Shown piece after piece: positions 13,801 to 26,620 of a DNA stretch of 64,000 nucleotides. The position numbers and the translations under genes are program-made. Each line of letters begins with the position of its first letter. Position 1 is the stretch's first letter. Where the stretch lies: contig JBHGNT010000011.1 of the NCBI GenBank assembly GCA_043228905.1, positions 20,398,001-20,462,000 of the forward strand, given 5' to 3'. This DNA is from Azolla caroliniana (lineage: Eukaryota > Plantae > Polypodiophyta). The notes below the pieces were generated by a model that did not search any database, had not been told where the DNA came from, and saw only the letters and a program-made list of their open reading frames with translations.

Positions 13801-16698
13801 AATAATGATGTGCTTGGAAACAGCCTTAAATGGCTATTCACTCCAAGATATGAAGGATTGTTTATGAAATGCAAATTATCTTCTTGTGGGGTGGTTGACC
13901 TATGGGTGTTCCTCATAGACCAACCATACGTCACAATGAGGAGGCAGTTACTTTTGCTCTTTTATGGCTGTTAAATCAGTTCTTTCTTCAGCTGCTCTCC
14001 CTGAACTTTTTAAATCTGGTAAAACGACATTGCATGGATAGTATTAAATATCCGATGACCAATTGTACCCAAGATCAGCAGGCAATTGGTCCAACTAGCA
14101 TTTGATTCTGATGAGTGTAGAGTTCTGCACATCCAATCATAAAGTTGTGCCTTAAAAATTTGCTTTAGGTTTGGCATAAAGTCATTTAAAGTCATAGGTG
14201 ACTGGGTAATGTTGAGAATCAAGCTCAACTCGTGTGACCATGTGCTTATGAAAAGAACCACAATGTTCGAAAAAGTGCATGAGCACACTTTATTGTAATC
14301 TGTGTAGTTGTCAAGTGTAAATGTGGTCAACGAATATCAGATATTCTTATGATAGAATTGTACTCGAGTGGATATCTTGATTAGATTCCACCCACCACAT
14401 TTAATGTGGCAGTCCCTTGAGGACTTGTATATAAAACCCCCTTGGACCATTGTGTTTTGTTGATGATCTTTAGTTGATTAATATAGTTTTCACTTCAGTA
14501 CATAAGTTGTCATCCCCCTAATGTGTACTTTATTATTTCTGGTTGTTTTCTTTGTTTCCTTTCTCTTGCTCATACACCCACTCTCACACACGCACTTCGC
14601 TTCCACATACTCAACTCTACGAGAGTTAGATTCTTGACAGGTAAGATATTTGCTGGAAGATGTGACATTTGGAAACACAAGATTTGTTTTATCCTTACAA
14701 ATACCTTTTGATGTAGAACTCGAAATTTAGCTTTAGACCTAAGTCGGGAATTATTTTAGAGAGCTGAAATCAGCAAGTCTTAGAGCTGATTTTCTTTCTT
14801 TTTACCATGCCCAAGAGAATTATCTCGAAAGCTCTACACTCAGATTTTAGTTGCTGAAATTGTCACAGATATAGTAGTGGCTGTCACAAAGGTGGGCCTA
14901 AACTGACGATTGTGTTTTTATGGTTTGTCCTATTGTTATTGTATCCTCTTCTATTAATTATTAATAAGGAAATACTGAAAGGGACACAAGCCATTGGGAT
15001 CAACATGTTGGACATGTTTCTTCGCTTATATAAGATTTCTCCAGTGAAGCAAATTTAGTTAAAGTGATGGTTTGATTGGTTTTTTAATGCCTTCTGGAAG
15101 CTCCACACGTCAGTTTTATCAAGCCCAGGGAGAGGGATGAATGCTACCACCTGATGTTCTCGCCCACTTTTCCTCATGTTTTCCCAACAACATTCAAAAC
15201 ATTCAGATTATGGGAGCTTCAGAATAAGTTTTCCTCTGCCAAAAAGAGCTCATTTTGCCTTGTGGTTTGTTAACAAAAGACACAATTATGAGTTTTTCTG
15301 AGCCTTGCAAGCAGATTTTGATATTTTTCCCACTGAAAAAGAGTCCACTTTACCTTGCTATAACCAATAAGGTTTAATATATTGGCTTTCTACAAGAGTC
15401 AAAGAAGTGTTTAAACATGTAGGAAAGATCCCACTTTCTCTCAGTTTGATGTAGTGCTCAACACTGTGAGGTTAACATTGTGAGCTTCTCTATAAATTTC
15501 TCCCATTGGGGAAAGAGCCCACCTTGCCGTTTCCTATGTGTAAAAGAGCCACTTTCCTTCATATTTCCCTATAGTATTTCGCATTATGATCTTAGGTGTG
15601 CAAGGGTCCACAACCTAACTAGATATGATCCACCTTAACAACAAAAGTTCATAATATGTCCTAAAGTGCAGAGGTGCAATATCCACTAAAAAAAAGTAGA
15701 AAACTGTCTAGTAATATTTCATGAGATCCAGAAGGTCATGTTCATACCGCATTTTCTCCTTGGTTTCTGTGATGCTAAGAGAACATTTAGCATGTGCAAA
15801 ACCTTAATCATCTAAATGATGCCCAAAAAACTTTACTTTGTACAAAAACTAAATCTTAGAGAGTTTAAATGATGATAAAAAGCACTTTTATGGTCTGAAA
15901 AACCATATACCTAGGGATCTTAAATGATGCTAAAATTACTCCATCGTTGTATGCAAAACATTAACCCTGGGAAATTAATGGATACTAAAACAACCTTCAT
16001 CTGTGAACAAAAACTATACGCCTAAAGATTTTAGCAATTCTAAAAGAACTTGTTTACTTGAAAAAAAAAATTACCTTGTGCAGAAGCCAACCTTTATAGA
16101 GTGTAAAAACCCTAACTTATTAACCATCAAAATCAACCTCTTTTTGGGTTTTAAGCTTGAGTACCATCAATGAAAAGTGAAATGGCTCAAAACGTCCAAA
16201 TTTGTGATACTTTAACAAACAACGTTTACACTGTGCAAACCTCCTCATCATAAGGAATCTAAGTACTGCAAAAAGCAAACTCTGCTGTTTACAAACCTTA
16301 ACCCTTATTTTAAAACCTAAATCCCTGAGACAATACCCCTAGAATTAACCCTGACTCTAAGTCAACATGCAATGCGATACCAATAGAAAGAGAAAGAATC
16401 ACTCCACCTGTGAAGTGGTATCTGCAAAGAAGTAAATGGTAGCAGCAGTGATGCTCTTAGTGAGGACAGGGCGCTTCTCTAGCATACGTAGATAGAACTG
16501 AGCAAAGAATGGGCGAGGAGGTTCAGCGATGGTTTTGGAAGATGAAGACGATGCCGAAGAAGAAGAAGAAGAAGGGCGACGAAGATACAGAGATCTTTGC
16601 GGCTGCATTGCAGAACCATGGCCAGAGAACAGAGGAGGCGGTTTCTGTCGTCTTTCGTGTCCGAGCAGGAGAGAGCGTAAGACTCGCCGACTCAGCAT
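10877..16698 (-). CDS. Mpv17/PMP22 (PXMP2/4) family membrane protein, 251 aa, 4 coding exons
   Basis: Exons 16698..16408, 11587..11344, 11201..11077 and 10972..10877 join in frame (756 nt). Motifs: YLRMLEKRPVLTKSIT, GPSLHFWF, GQLIYGP, YWPACDFVTYRYVPVHLQ, NSFSFLWTIY. The Arg/Ser-rich N-terminus resembles a mitochondrial presequence. Confidence 0.9.
13420..15640 (-). mobile_element. Decayed Gypsy integrase remnant plus LTR-like sequence inside intron 1 of the Mpv17/PMP22 gene
   Basis: Frameshifted integrase-like residues at about 13450-14330 resemble the integrase C-terminus of the Gypsy at 55868-56765. The LTR-like boundaries are uncertain. Confidence 0.45.
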
Positions 16699-16818
16699 CT
16701 CCGCCGCCGCCGCCGCCGGTCCAGAGAGAGAGAGAGAGAGAGAGCTTCTCTCGCTCGCTCGCTCTCTCTCTCTATTGCTTCTGTGCGCGATTTTGGGGAG
16801 GGGGGGGGGGCAGAGGCG

Positions 16819-16870
16819 CACGTGACATCTCAGTCACGTGAGGCCAGCCACGTGGAAGAGATCACACGTG
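16819..16870. promoter_or_regulatory. Cluster of four G-box (CACGTG) elements
   Basis: CACGTG at 16819, 16835, 16849 and 16865, about 120-170 bp upstream of the Mpv17/PMP22 ATG. Confidence 0.7.
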
Positions 16871-16994
16871 TCCGCGGACGATTGGCCGAGACAATCTAGT
16901 GCATGTCGACAACTATTTGTGAGCTCCGGTAGCTGAAAATGGTGAGAAAATGAGGGTGCTTCATGCGGAGGAGCTAAGAACGAGAGAAGAAGTC

Positions 16995-17040
<46 letters not shown>

Positions 17041-17190
17041 AAAGCGTGTAGTTATCAGTGCTAGGGCTACTAACTAGTTGTTTAGTATGCGTGATTGATC
17101 AGTGCGATTTCTTTCGATCGAGTGTAGTTATCGGTGCTAGGGCTACTAACCAGTTGTTTAGTATGTGTGATTGATCAATGCGATTTCGAG
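16995..17190. repeat. (GTA)n microsatellite followed by a ~66-bp direct duplication (period 75)
   Basis: GTGTAGTTATC(A/G)GTGCTAGGGCTACTAAC...GCGATTTC starts at about 17046 and 17121. Confidence 0.8.
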
Positions 17191-18494
17191 TTGCCCAATA
17201 TCACATGGCTACATATTGTGGAAACGATCTTAGCACTTGTCAACCAATGAGTAGTCGAGATAGGTGCTTCGTTAGGAGGGATTGTGTCGGACTAGAATGT
17301 AATCACCACTCGTGCCAATAATTGTTATTTGTGGTTAGCGTGGTTTAAAGGTTGCTTCCATCACGTGACACTATTGTTTTGGAAATGAGGTGACATCGGT
17401 TTTGCTTAATGATTAGTCCAAAGAATGCAATGCATGTCGATTGTTTAGTAAACTTCGAATAATTATTGGGAGCAAAATCAAAATAAGGGTGTTTCTATGT
17501 AATTAGTATTCCCACTAGTCATGATTAGTATTAATGGACATCAATAACATTGTGCCTACTATTAATTAGTATGGCGAGCTTTATTGATCATAGCAATTAG
17601 CATTTTGTGATCATTGTTATTAATCATCACAGTGTTCCTTGTAATTACCACTAATCGTGACATATATCATCGCAAATATCTTACTAATCGCAATGTTAAT
17701 CATTGATCTAATATCACCGATCACACTACTTATTGAATACCAACGTGTAAATTAGATTTATTATGAATGGATTTACGTTTGAATATGGTACTTGAGATTG
17801 AAAGAAAAGTTTCATGTTGGGCATTAGCTAAGCTTGGGTAAACCTCTGCAACGTGGCCTTTTCCCAACAACAAAAAAGCAATGAATGACACATTTGCAAC
17901 ATACTACTAATATATCTGTCAAGCACACACTTGCTTAACTGTTTTACCTTCTTGCTGGTTTGTTGTCAAGGGTTCATGCTGCTTTGTTGTTGGTGAGACA
18001 AGTGAAGAGAGTTGTCAAACCTCTCTTACACTACATTGAACCAAATAAGATGAATGGGCATGCATGTTACCTAAACAAACAAGTCGAAGCAAATAAACAC
18101 AATAAATCAAAGGATGGCACTCCCACGATGCTAACCATGATTGATAGAAAAGGTAACCTTGATTCGAGATAGGAGAGCCTCAAAACGATTTCCAGTGTCA
18201 ACATGTTCCATCACTACACTAATTTGGACAATTATTCACCTTTTGCATGGACCCTCACGTGCCTTTGTGGTACACCTCATATGACTAACTATACAATGAT
18301 GATGGACATTCAAGGATATGTGAACAATTCTAGTACCTCCAAGAAAAAAATAACTTATGTTTGTTATACACTAGTGATTTTGCAAGACAATCATCGTAAC
18401 ACAAGAAGGTCGTTGTGTTACACGATGATTTATGTGCCCAACTTTTGTTTATCTCCCAAAATAGGCATCGAGTCCTCGCAATTTTTAAAAACGC

Positions 18495-18687
18495 TCTAGG
18501 TCATACCTTCAAAAGAGTGCAATGAGCATATAAATATAGCCTTGGAGACATTGTGTAAAAATAGCCCTAAGGTATTACGGTCGGTCTCCTCGAAATGCTC
18601 AGTGAGGGTCATACCTTTTTTCTGAAAAGAGTGCATCAACCACATAAAACAACCCTAAGGTCCCATGGTCTTATCGGATGCATTAGC

Positions 18688-18767
<80 letters not shown>

Positions 18768-19060
18768 CAATTAGTGTCATACCTTTTTGTGAAAAGAGTG
18801 CATCGACCAAGTAAACAAACCTAAAGTTCCATGGTCTCACTGCATGCATTAGCCTATGCGCTCTCGAATGCTCCCATGGGCACAACACACTCAAAAGAGA
18901 GTGCATCACGATCACTGATCACATAATCGTTGGAACACATAGGCGGCCATATTTAGTTTGCCTCTATGCTCTCTCGAATGCTCCCCTGGGCAGAACGCCC
19001 AGAAAGGGTGTATCATGACCATGGGTCACATTATACATATAAATCGTTGGAACACATTTG
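18495..19060. repeat. Degenerate local repeats around a (GA)n tract
   Basis: Recurrent GTCATACCTT...AAAAGAGTGCA and CTCTCGAATGCTCCC motifs. (GA)n at about 18690-18765. Confidence 0.6.
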
Positions 19061-21845
19061 TGTGGGTTGATTCGATCGAGCAAAATGGTGGGAGGGGAGT
19101 GTCTAAATAAAGAAAGGAGCTTAAAAAGGAAAAGCGTCAGTGAGGCCTACGTTTGTAATTAAGTCATTTGTTCATTTTCTGTACATACATTGACAGACAC
19201 ACATGTACATTACATAATAATACATATGTATGTATGTATCACATGAATATATGTATCCATGGCGTCGCTTCAACGCTTCCATGTACCGCTTTCCGGCTCG
19301 CGATGGAGCGGAGAACCTTCCATTTCCCTTGTAAGGTACTGTCTGTTTCTATCTCTGTTTCTTTTCTTCTCTTCTCCTGTGTCTGAACCTCTCATCAAAT
19401 GTAAGCTCTCTCCCTGTCTCGTTATTCCTCATGTATGTTCTCTCCATATTTCATGATCATGTTTTTATTGCTATTATACAATTTCTAAATGTGTTTCCCC
19501 ATGTTTCTCCCACAAACATCTTCTTCAAAAAAATTCCCCTAAATTCTCATCCTTCTGATGCAAGCTTCAGAAAAGAAAAAGAAACAAGCAAAAAAAGGTC
19601 CTTAGTATGAAGATTTATTTAGACCATAATTCAGTATTTCAGCATTTCCCACCGCTCAAAATGTTATTTTTGTCCCTTTAATTCTCGTTGTTTCTTTGAG
19701 GCTTTATCAAGAGCTCCTCATATCAATATGGTATTCATGAACATATGCCTTTAATTTGCATTACTACACATTTTAAAGTATGTGTTAAAAACGCATTGTT
19801 TGTTATGAACATATACCACATACATGCACATTTACATGTCTAGTATTCAATCAGGAGTCAAATCAAGGCTAGAAATCGCTACTCAATGTTCATGTAGCCT
19901 TATGGACACCTGAAATTTGGATAGCTATAGTCTGAATACAAAGTTTGTACATAGTTTACACCTCTTATTTTTATTTGCATACATATAACTAGACTGAATA
20001 TGAGATGAGGATTTAATCAAGTATATCATATTCACGAATCAACATTCTGGCAGCCTTATACTGCCTGGGCGATCTAGAATTTAGATAACATTATTGATGT
20101 ATATAAGTACACATTAATAAGCAATTTGGGAATCAAATTGAGTTTAGAGATATAGCAATCAATATTCAGGTGGCTGTATGACGTTTTGGAGTTTGAAAAC
20201 TTGTTGGTTGGGCATAGGACACATCTGACGACTCATTTAATATGTGAAAAAAAAATCGGAGTCAAAAATCAAGGTTAAAGATAGGCCAATCAACAATCAG
20301 GTGATTTTATGGGTGCATGGAGTCTTGATCGCTAATGATACCTGAAGTTTAGATAAACATCATTCATGCACATTTCCTAGGGTTTAAAGTTGTATAAACA
20401 CCCAGCTATCCTGCCATGCTCACGCCTCACCCCATTCACCACGTGAATGGACCAGCCTCTTGTGGTTTCACGTACAATGGACATGTTTCCGTACACTATC
20501 CTTACTATCAATTCCTTCTTTATTCGTTTTGTGAAGTTCCATTCATGCATAGGATAATCAGAGACTATGAGAAGCATGCCATAAAATCATAGAAAATCTG
20601 TAAAAACAGTTTAGATATGTAGTTTAGATTTTGTTCCTTTCACACAATACATATGTTTACATATTTCCAGCTGGCAAGCTCAAATGACTGGTGTTGTAAA
20701 GGAGAGCACCCTTTAGATATGAAATTCTGTCCTATGGATCATATTGCGAGGGACCTGTATGCATTATATATGATCTGTAAAACCCTCATAATATACTGAT
20801 TGGATTCCTCTTGAGGAATTGGTGAGAACTCATGGCACTCAATTGAATTACTTGTGCTTTATGGCCTAAGAATCTTGTCTTCACCCATAACTTCATCAAT
20901 CTTGTGAAACAATTTGTTGCATTCTTGAATGTGTGCATTGAATTGATGAAAGACACAGCATGTTTTTTTTTTCCCTGGTAAAATCATTCCTAATTTTGGA
21001 GAAATGCATCATTCATGAAATCTGGGAGATTTTCGTTTGGAAAATGAGAATTATTCAGATAAACTTTTTCTGCTGCAATAGGCTTCTATGGAAAACGTTA
21101 TAAAACAGATCAAATTCAAATTATGTGAGATTCCGAATTATCTTGATATATGGATGTGGAAATTCATTTAATGCATTGAGAACCATGCTCGCCATATGTG
21201 TCTGTATGGACATTATATATGCAAAGCGAGAAGAACTTTGTCAAAACTGGCTATTGTTTCTGAATCTGCATTGAGAATAGTACTCCATGAAACATTCAAT
21301 GGAGGAAAAAGATAATATGCGAGCGTTGTTTACCAATTTTGAAATATGCGATGTATTGGGCACATGGTGTTATTTGAATTTATGCATTCTATCACGTGAA
21401 ACCAAGCAAATTAGTCTGAAATCTAATAAGAAAGCTTTTTTGATTTATTTAACATGGATTACAGATGCAAATTCATGACACAGGTTTTATGAAGAAATAC
21501 TTGTTTATTGTATGAATGATTTCAGTGGTCTCTGCTTGTACATGTTTTGAAAACCTCATCGGAATACTGACATATCTATTATTCCCCTCTCTCTCTCTCA
21601 TTCTTACACGTGCACAAATTTAACAAAAGTTCAGGGTGGCATTTTGGAAAGCTGTAGCTCAACTATTATAGTATAGAGACAAGCTAACAAAGTCTAGATG
21701 CCTCTTCTAATAGAGGGTAGATAGCTAGATATGTATTGGTGTGTGGGTTGCACGGATCATATTTGGCTTCCCAAGGATGGTACATATGTGTACACAGACA
21801 CACACATTTATAGATATTATATGAACTCTTAACTTCTTCAATTCC

Positions 21846-22020
<175 letters not shown>

Positions 22021-22234
22021 GCTATGGATATTATGTGAACTCTACTTCTATTCAAGAAATGTTAGTGCTGGAAATGAGTTATAAACTGTCTTGATGTTTG
22101 ATTTGGTCATATTATATATTTAACAGGAAATGCTATCTAAGAAGATGCACGCATTGAATTCTTGGATAGTCTGCTTCATGGTCTTGTGAATCCGTGTCAA
22201 TTCATGGTATTGTTATTATTACATATTCTCAACC

Positions 22235-25200
22235 ATGGCAAGCCTTATGAGAATGATCACTCGAAAGATTGTGGGAGCGTCATCATCTCCACCTCCACCA
22301 CACCCACCTTCTGTTCCAAAGGTATAAAAGAAGAAGCTATTTTCTCAGTTTCTATTGCAGAAAGCTAAATAAAAGGAAAAACTTTGAAATACCCAAGTTT
22401 TTCTTTATTTCATCGAATGCCCTTGGTCACCTCCATTTTAATCATATATATGCTATTTAATCAATTATGTAATCAATTCAGCCCCACAAAAATATCTGCT
22501 ATTTGAGCAATTATGCTCAATTCATCCCCTTCTCTCGTTCATGAATAGACCAGGTTTGCTTGGGAAATAGAGAAACCTCAAGAATATTTTAGAGTTTTTC
22601 CAACAAATAATCTAATTCTGGGTTTTTCAATGTGCATTTATAGGTCTGGTTCAATGATTGTAAAATCCAAGATTTTGAACTAGGCAAACTCATAGGAGCA
22701 GGAAGTTTTGGTAGAGTTTGTGTGGCTACACACTTGAAAACAAAATGTGTTTGTGCAGCGAAATCTCTTTCCAAAGCTGCTATTCTAAAATCTAAACAGG
22801 TAAATTATTGTCTTTGTTTAAATAGCTCTTAACAATTCATTCTGTTGAACCACCACTGATAGTTCCTTTTAGCATATTGTCATTGTTTAGCCACAAGTTT
22901 GTGCTCTTTTTATTCTTTATCAATCCTTCAGTCCAAAGTTGCATTTGTTGCTTCATAGAATTTAGCCACACTTCTGTGCTCTTTTATTGCCTACAAGTTC
23001 TTCACTACAAAGTTGCCTGGATATTTGTAGACAGAAGATGTGGTTGATATCAGTTTAGGCACAAATTTCTGTTCTTCTCATTGTTTACATGTTCTTCAGT
23101 GCAAAGTTGCGTTAAATACTTCACAGGCTGAAGGTGTGGTTGATATCAATGTAGCTACAAAATTGTGCTCTTTTTATTGTTTACAAGTTCTTCACAAATG
23201 AGGCTAGATATCCATGGAAGATAATAAATATTTGATAAGTAGGAAATTCCGTCTTTATGGTTATCCATGTTGGATTTATTTTCAAACTTCCGACTGCATT
23301 AAATTTTTTTACTAAATAGAATATAAACTAATTCATGAAATAGCCAAGGATTGGTTCTACTATCATACATCTTAGTTGTACTACAAAAACAATGGATCTC
23401 CATATGTGTAGATTCCTTTAATCACCGATTGAATGTGATGTAAATGAGACCTTGTTTGATAACCGTGGTTTCAGTTTGACATGCTCAATTCATTGTCATT
23501 GTATGGTTCAGAGAAGTGTACTATCTCTCGAAGTTAACACCTGCTATACATTCAAACATGTGTTTGCAGTTAGACCATGTAAAGGCTGAGAAAGGCAGTC
23601 TACAGGAGATTGATTTTCCTTTCATTGTGAACCTCCACGGTTCTTGTCAAGACAGTAAATGTGTGCATCTTATTATGGAGTATATTAGTGGGTATGTGCA
23701 TTTAAAATTTCTAGTATCTACAAAAAGCCTATATGAAAGGAAATTTTGAATCAATCTACGATTTTTTATATTTTTGCCAGAGGTGACTTCTTTGGTTACT
23801 TGAGAGACAGGGAGAAATTCGATGAAAATACGGCTGTAAGTTGAGCTCTTTGATGTCGTGAGGCTTTGTGGCCTTTTCAAATGTCTAGAATACAAGTAAA
23901 ATACATTGAATTGGTCATCAGACTATATGGAAAGGCACGCAAATATGCTACAGCTGAATCAAAATAGATACAGAAGTTTAACTGGATGTTTGGCAACTTC
24001 TGGAATTTGCAGCGTTTTTATGCAGCACAAGTTCTCCTTGCGTTTGAGTACATCCATAACATGAACATTATCTATAGGGACCTTAAGGTAAGGTTGTTGT
24101 CTTGGAACAAAAATATTACCTAATGATAGCTGGAATTTTGTGGGTTAATCTTCATATTAATCTTGTAAATATATTTTCTTCTTCACTTTGTCAACACATA
24201 AACAGCCAGAAAATCTTTTAGTGGATGAGAAAGGAAACATAAAGATCGCTGATTTTGGATTTGCCAAAAAAGTAGAAAATAGAACATTTACCTTGTGTGG
24301 TATGCAATTTTTCACTGTAGCCAATGGCAGTATAATTCGTTAACTTACAAATGCTTTTTATAATATCAAGTTCAATTGGAAAAATTGAGCTAGGTTAATA
24401 ATGTATGTAGTATAGATTCATGCTTTCTTCTCTGTTTCATAGAGTTATTCAATGTCAAATGTTTTTGTTCACATTGCAGGAACTCCAGATTACCTGGCAC
24501 CCGAAATATTACTTAATAAAGGACATGGAAAACCTGTAGATTGGTAAGATAATATTCTATCTACGTCATAATAGTATGAGTGTGTTTTAATGCCTTAATC
24601 ATAATTGGAAGATTCAGGTATCTGTCTTTACTATCTTCAATCATGATGTGCTAACCATCATTGTTATAGTTCTACTATTACGAGTATGTCATTCCTTCTC
24701 GTTCTTCTAACTCCTTTATAATCCAGCAATTTGTTTTCCTATCGTGATTTGACCTTTGTTGGTCTAGAAAATTCAATCAAAACAAGAGGATCTGTGACAT
24801 GTCACATACTGTAGGGATTCTGATGCTAATGTTATTGTAGATAGTTCAGGTGGACATTTGGAGTGCTGATATTTGAAATGTTAGCCGGATATCCCCCATT
24901 TTATTCTGAAGGTGAATCAATAACTCCTAAATTGATGGTAGTTTTCCCTCATGTCAAGTAAACGATCATTTTTTCGTCAGGAAGACAATCATATTGCCGG
25001 TTCCTAGTAAAACATCCTTGAGTCAGTAATATTATTAAAGTTAAAACATTCCTCAGTAATAATCATCTCTCTGGTTCATAATAAAACATTGTACATTTTC
25101 TTTTTCCTAGATATTTCTGGAACTTACAAGAAAATATTGGATGGAAAATTGGCTTTTCCAAGCCATTTTTCAAAGAAGTGAGAACTTTTCTTGAAGACTA

Positions 25201-26047
25201 TTTATGTTTTACAAATTCATGATCTTCTCTATCAAGCTTGCCCTCCCAATTTCTGACCAAATTGTTGATAGGAATTATAACTAAAATAATTTTGTTTGCA
25301 GTGCCAAAGATCTTATACAGAGGCTCTTGACAAAAGACTTAACCAAGAGGTACTTCTCACTATATGCGTGAATATGCTATGTAATTGATACAATTTCCAT
25401 AGCATTGAACTCAAATAATATATACTTCGAACATCAGGATTGGATGCCTGAAGGAGGGAGTGAATGAGATAAAGAAGCATGCTTGGTTTTCTAGTGTCAG
25501 ATGGGATGATATATTGTACAAAAGAGAGACACCTCCCTTGAGACCAAAACCTTTGGTAATTTTTCGTTTTTTTTCTTTCTAATTTTCCTGTGCGTTTTTA
25601 TAGTTAGCACTGCCTCTCTAATGAAAGAAAGATACATTGACAGCCTTTAAGGGGTCAAAATGGAATATAAGACAAAACAAGAGATTACAATGTTTTCTCG
25701 TGTTTGAGAACAAACCAAAAATCTGTAAAAAAAGTTGTACTTTAATTTATGAAGGTCGCGTAAACATGTATAAAGATCATGTCAATATTTATACAGAATA
25801 TTCAAATAACTCCATCTCTCTGATGGGTTTCGGAAGGTTAATCAATCACCACACAGTGTTTACAAGAGGCACTACATCACATTTGGCTTTGCACATATTA
25901 TCTTCTTTTACTCTTAAGTCTATCCTTGAATTCTGTTTACAGGTTTCTCCAAGTGACACATCAAACTTTGAGGATAGCCCAGGTCCTCCGATGGAAAGCT
26001 ATCCCATGTTGACAGAAGAAGAAGAAGCTATGTTCCAAGATTTGTAA
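22235..26047 (+). CDS. cAMP-dependent protein kinase catalytic subunit-like (PKA-C) AGC kinase, 350 aa, 12 coding exons
   Basis: Exons 22235-22321, 22644-22799, 23570-23691, 23781-23835, 24013-24087, 24206-24299, 24480-24543, 24850-24911, 25111-25177, 25302-25349, 25438-25555 and 25943-26047 join in frame (1053 nt), all GT-AG. Motifs: [62 protein letters not shown], terminal FQDL. The first exon is less certain than the rest. Confidence 0.88.
22880..23200. repeat. Degenerate tandem repeat (about 4 units) in kinase intron 2
   Basis: Recurrent TTTAGCCACA...TGTGCTCTTTT...CTTCA...CAAAGTTGC. Confidence 0.65.
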
Positions 26048-26377
26048 AACTTAAAATATACATACTTCCAGCAGTTTTGAAAGCCAGTGTTCGGAGTTAT
26101 GCCACTATGTTATGAAACCATCATAAGCATGACCTATACACATGAAACAATGTCACAAGAAGCAGCTCCTGGTTATGTTATTTTAAAGTGATGATGTAAG
26201 GCCATATGAATAAGAAAGGCACATGTAGGCATTATTTGTGCAGTGATTAGGTATGTTATATTTCTACGTAACATACCTAATCATGTATATCATGAGAGAA
26301 AATAATATTATTGCGACACATTTTCTTCTGCTCAATATTTTCTAGCCACTTGTTTTCTATTTCAGCATGTGGGAACG

Positions 26378-26620
26378 TGGGATGGACCTCTGCCTTCCCA
26401 ATGTGGATGTTGTGTCCAAGCTCTGTTTAGCAATGGCAGCAGTATTTACATTATGATTTGTTATTGTTTTCCTTGTAGTGTACAAGCTGTTTAGCCACAT
26501 TGGGATGGACCTCTGCCTTCCCAATGTGGATGTTGTGTCCAAGCTCTGTTTAGCAATGGCAGCAATATTTACATTATGATTTGTTATTGTTCTCCTTGTA
26601 GTGTACAAGCTGTTTAGCAC
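26378..26620. repeat. Near-perfect 123-bp tandem duplication
   Basis: TGGGATGGACCTCTGCC... starts at 26378 and 26501, with only a few mismatches between copies. Confidence 0.9.

Noticed and set aside
16699-16821. N-terminal extension of the Mpv17/PMP22 ORF from a GTG start
   Set aside because: It runs through (CT)n/(GA)n UTR sequence. The first ATG is at 16698.
22549-22553. 5-nt micro-exon ACCAG in kinase intron 1
   Set aside because: It has AG/GT flanks, but inclusion would shift the frame. The neighbouring exons already join in phase 0.
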